Virus record (IMG/VR): IMGVR_UViG_3300021978_000003
Location: 1 to 34,983 of that record
DNA length: 34,983 nucleotides
Source: a virus
Lineage: Duplodnaviria; Caudoviricetes
Strand: one strand, 5' to 3'
Both the position numbers and the translations under genes were made by a program. The notes beneath the pieces were generated by a model, which made no database searches, was not told the DNA's origin, and worked only from the letters and a program-made list of their open reading frames with translations. This document shows, piece after piece, positions 33,801 through 34,983 of the stretch (its first letter is position 1; each line of letters opens with the position of its first letter).

Positions 33801-33937
33801 TAAGCCAGTAATATGGAGTGTTGTACATGTATGACATATGCGTCTATATGCGTCGAACTACGCTTAAAAATGGTATAAAAATGTCTGGGGGTATTATACA
33901 TACATACGTGCGCCATGCCCCCCATGCCCCTTCCACT

Positions 33938-33975
33938 TATAACCAAATGGCATATGCATATAACTAAAGTGCATA
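33938..33975. promoter_or_regulatory. Pair of LysR-type (T-N11-A) boxes, 21-bp period
   Basis: TATAACCAAATGGCATA and TATAACTAAAGTGCATA. Confidence 0.4.
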
Positions 33976-33982
33976 ACATTGT

Positions 33983-33998
33983 TGGCATGATTCTTGCA
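33983..33998 (+). promoter_or_regulatory. sigma54 -24/-12 element 1
   Basis: TGGCATG-ATTC-TTGCA versus consensus TGGCAYG-N4-TTGCW. Confidence 0.75.
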
Positions 33999-34018
33999 TG
34001 GGGTACACGCTCAATGGT

Positions 34019-34034
34019 TGGCATGATGTTTGCA
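34019..34034 (+). promoter_or_regulatory. sigma54 -24/-12 element 2
   Basis: TGGCATG-ATGT-TTGCA. Confidence 0.75.
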
Positions 34035-34063
34035 TACATTACAAATAGTTAATGTTTGAGCGT

Positions 34064-34080
34064 TGCACCAAAATAGTGCA
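34064..34080. promoter_or_regulatory. NtrC-binding box 1
   Basis: TGCACCA-AAA-TAGTGCA versus consensus TGCACYA-N3-TRGTGCA. Confidence 0.75.
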
Positions 34081-34108
34081 GACACAAATTTTTGACCTAT
34101 TGCCTACT

Positions 34109-34146
34109 TGTTGCTTAAACACAACAACTGTTGCTTAAACGCAACA
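34109..34146. repeat. Tandem pair of 18-bp palindromes TGTTG-N8-CAACA, 20-bp period
   Basis: TGTTGCTTAAACACAACA and TGTTGCTTAAACGCAACA. Confidence 0.8.
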
Positions 34147-34171
34147 CTCCTAACAATACGCGAGTTAAAAG

Positions 34172-34192
34172 TTATCCACAGCCTGTGGACAG
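34172..34192. promoter_or_regulatory. Inverted DnaA box pair
   Basis: TTATCCACA (34172-34180) and degenerate reverse box TGTGGACAG (34184-34192). Confidence 0.65.
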
Positions 34193-34201
34193 TTTCAAGC
34201 T

Positions 34202-34218
34202 TGCACCACTTTGGTGCA
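34202..34218. promoter_or_regulatory. NtrC-binding box 2 (perfect dyad)
   Basis: TGCACCA-CTT-TGGTGCA. Confidence 0.8.
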
Positions 34219-34300
34219 TCCATTGTGCGCTCCTCTCGTTCGATCTAAGCCACGATAGCCCGAAACCCTCACATTGCCCCACCTTTTCTGTACTCACAGC

Positions 34301-34309
34301 TTTTCCACA
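34301..34309 (+). promoter_or_regulatory. DnaA box
   Basis: TTTTCCACA fits TTWTNCACA. Confidence 0.5.
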
Positions 34310-34327
34310 GACTTACTAACATATACA

Positions 34328-34343
34328 TGGCACGGTTGTTGCT
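34328..34343 (+). promoter_or_regulatory. sigma54 -24/-12 element 3 (perfect consensus)
   Basis: TGGCACG-GTTG-TTGCT. Confidence 0.8.
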
Positions 34344-34397
34344 ACGTAACGTACTCTTATTTATACGCGGGAAATTCTCAGAGCTAACAACACGGGT

Positions 34398-34478
34398 AAA
34401 TTAATTTAATTCTTTAATATCAAGCACTTGTGTACACTGTGAAGCTAACTTGTTGATTCTTAAGGATTAAATTAATTT
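34398..34478. promoter_or_regulatory. Two inverted IHF sites within an AT-rich imperfect inverted repeat
   Basis: TATCAAGCACTTG (34418-34430, +) and AATCAACAAGTTA (34446-34458, -) both match WATCAANNNNTTR; outer arms AAATTAATTTAAT/ATTAAATTAATTT. Confidence 0.7.
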
Positions 34479-34488
34479 CATTTAGGGG

Positions 34489-34517
34489 TTGACATAGTCC
34501 AGCCATTAATTCATTAT
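34489..34517 (+). promoter_or_regulatory. sigma70-type early promoter
   Basis: TTGACA-17 bp-CATTAT with an AT-rich upstream tract; ORFs follow. Confidence 0.7.
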
Positions 34518-34576
34518 GTGTTTCAAGCCAGACGCAACCAGCAACTGGCATTCACTTAAAAGTAGAAAGGTCGATC

Positions 34577-34696
34577 ATGAATTTAGAACAGATTAAAAGC
34601 CTACTGGACGCTGAATTGATCAGCAAACAAGAAGCAAACATATTGATTGACTCCCTTAACTATATGAATGATATTGAATTCGTTCACCACCTATAA
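34577..34696 (+). CDS. First early ORF, 39 aa (not in ORF track)
   Basis: GAAAGGT SD; MNLEQIKSLLDAELISKQEANILIDSLNYMNDIEFVHHL. Confidence 0.6.
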   Translation: MNLEQIKSLLDAELISKQEANILIDSLNYMNDIEFVHHL

Positions 34697-34711
34697 AAAG
34701 GATATTGAATC

Positions 34712-34983
34712 ATGGCTAAAGTAGATTTAACAACGGTTCCAGATATTTCAGAAGATCAGAAAACAATTGATCTGATTTCAATGACCGATTATTCTAAGGT
34801 AGTACTTAGCTGTACCAAGAAACAGAAACGTGAATCTGAAAAATTTAGTGATATTGCTGGCTCGTATTTGTCCAGTGTTCGTAATATGTCAAGTCTGTCG
34901 GATTTGATGAATATTGAATTGATCAGGGTTTTTGAGTCTAGTGGTAAATCGGAATACAATATTGTTCTAAAACAGTTCCAGAA
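34712..34983 (+). CDS. Early hypothetical protein, 3'-truncated
   Basis: AAGGA SD; MAKVDLTTVPDISEDQK... open to the window end. Confidence 0.7.
   Translation, partial: MAKVDLTTVPDISEDQKTIDLISMTDYSKVVLSCTKKQKRESEKFSDIAGSYLSSVRNMSSLSDLMNIELIRVFESSGKSEYNIVLKQFQ

Larger units (their letters stand above)
1..34983 (+). mobile_element. T7-like podovirus (Autographiviridae-type) genome segment, primase to terminase plus end junction and first early ORFs
   Basis: Co-oriented T7-like gene set (gp4, gp5, gp6, gp8-12, gp14-19 equivalents) with recognisable motifs; no host chromosomal genes. RNAP itself is not in the window. Confidence 0.95.

Noticed and set aside
33800-34319. ORFs 33800..34039 (-) and 34131..34319 (+)
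   Set aside because: No SD, atypical composition, and they overlap the dense binding-site array; treated as non-coding.
1-34983. tRNA/rRNA genes, introns or inteins in pol, nrdA, nrdB or terL; integrase
   Set aside because: No cloverleaf or rRNA signature noticed; these genes are uninterrupted and of normal length; no recombinase in the window.

Overview
This window is most of a T7-like podovirus genome (Autographiviridae-type, AT-rich, probably marine), with all real genes on the + strand. It opens with a replication and nucleotide-metabolism block: primase-helicase (5'-truncated), PolA, a RusA-like resolvase, MazG-like and DUF3310 proteins, thioredoxin, exonuclease and class I RNR alpha/beta. 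The structural block follows: portal, scaffold, capsid, tail tubes A/B, two tail-fibre genes, a collagen-like protein beside a 2OG-Fe(II) oxygenase, holin-like peptides, a cupin, ejection proteins with a stand-alone transglycosylase, and terminase small/large. It ends with ~1.4 kb of non-coding DNA running into a sigma70 promoter and early ORFs, i.e. the genome end/junction. The most striking observation is in that non-coding end. It holds a dense array of near-consensus host DNA-binding-protein sites, mostly in pairs: 3 sigma54 -24/-12 elements, 2 NtrC boxes, 4-5 DnaA boxes, 2-3 IHF sites, LysR-type boxes and TGT-N12-ACA palindromes, next to a highly structured putative ncRNA. Other signals are a genome-wide ACTTATAAGT palindrome, a covarying CUGAG-loop hairpin at three intergenic sites, GCWGC avoidance, and a codon-usage switch inside the tail-fibre gene. 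All motif calls were made by eye; no searches were run.
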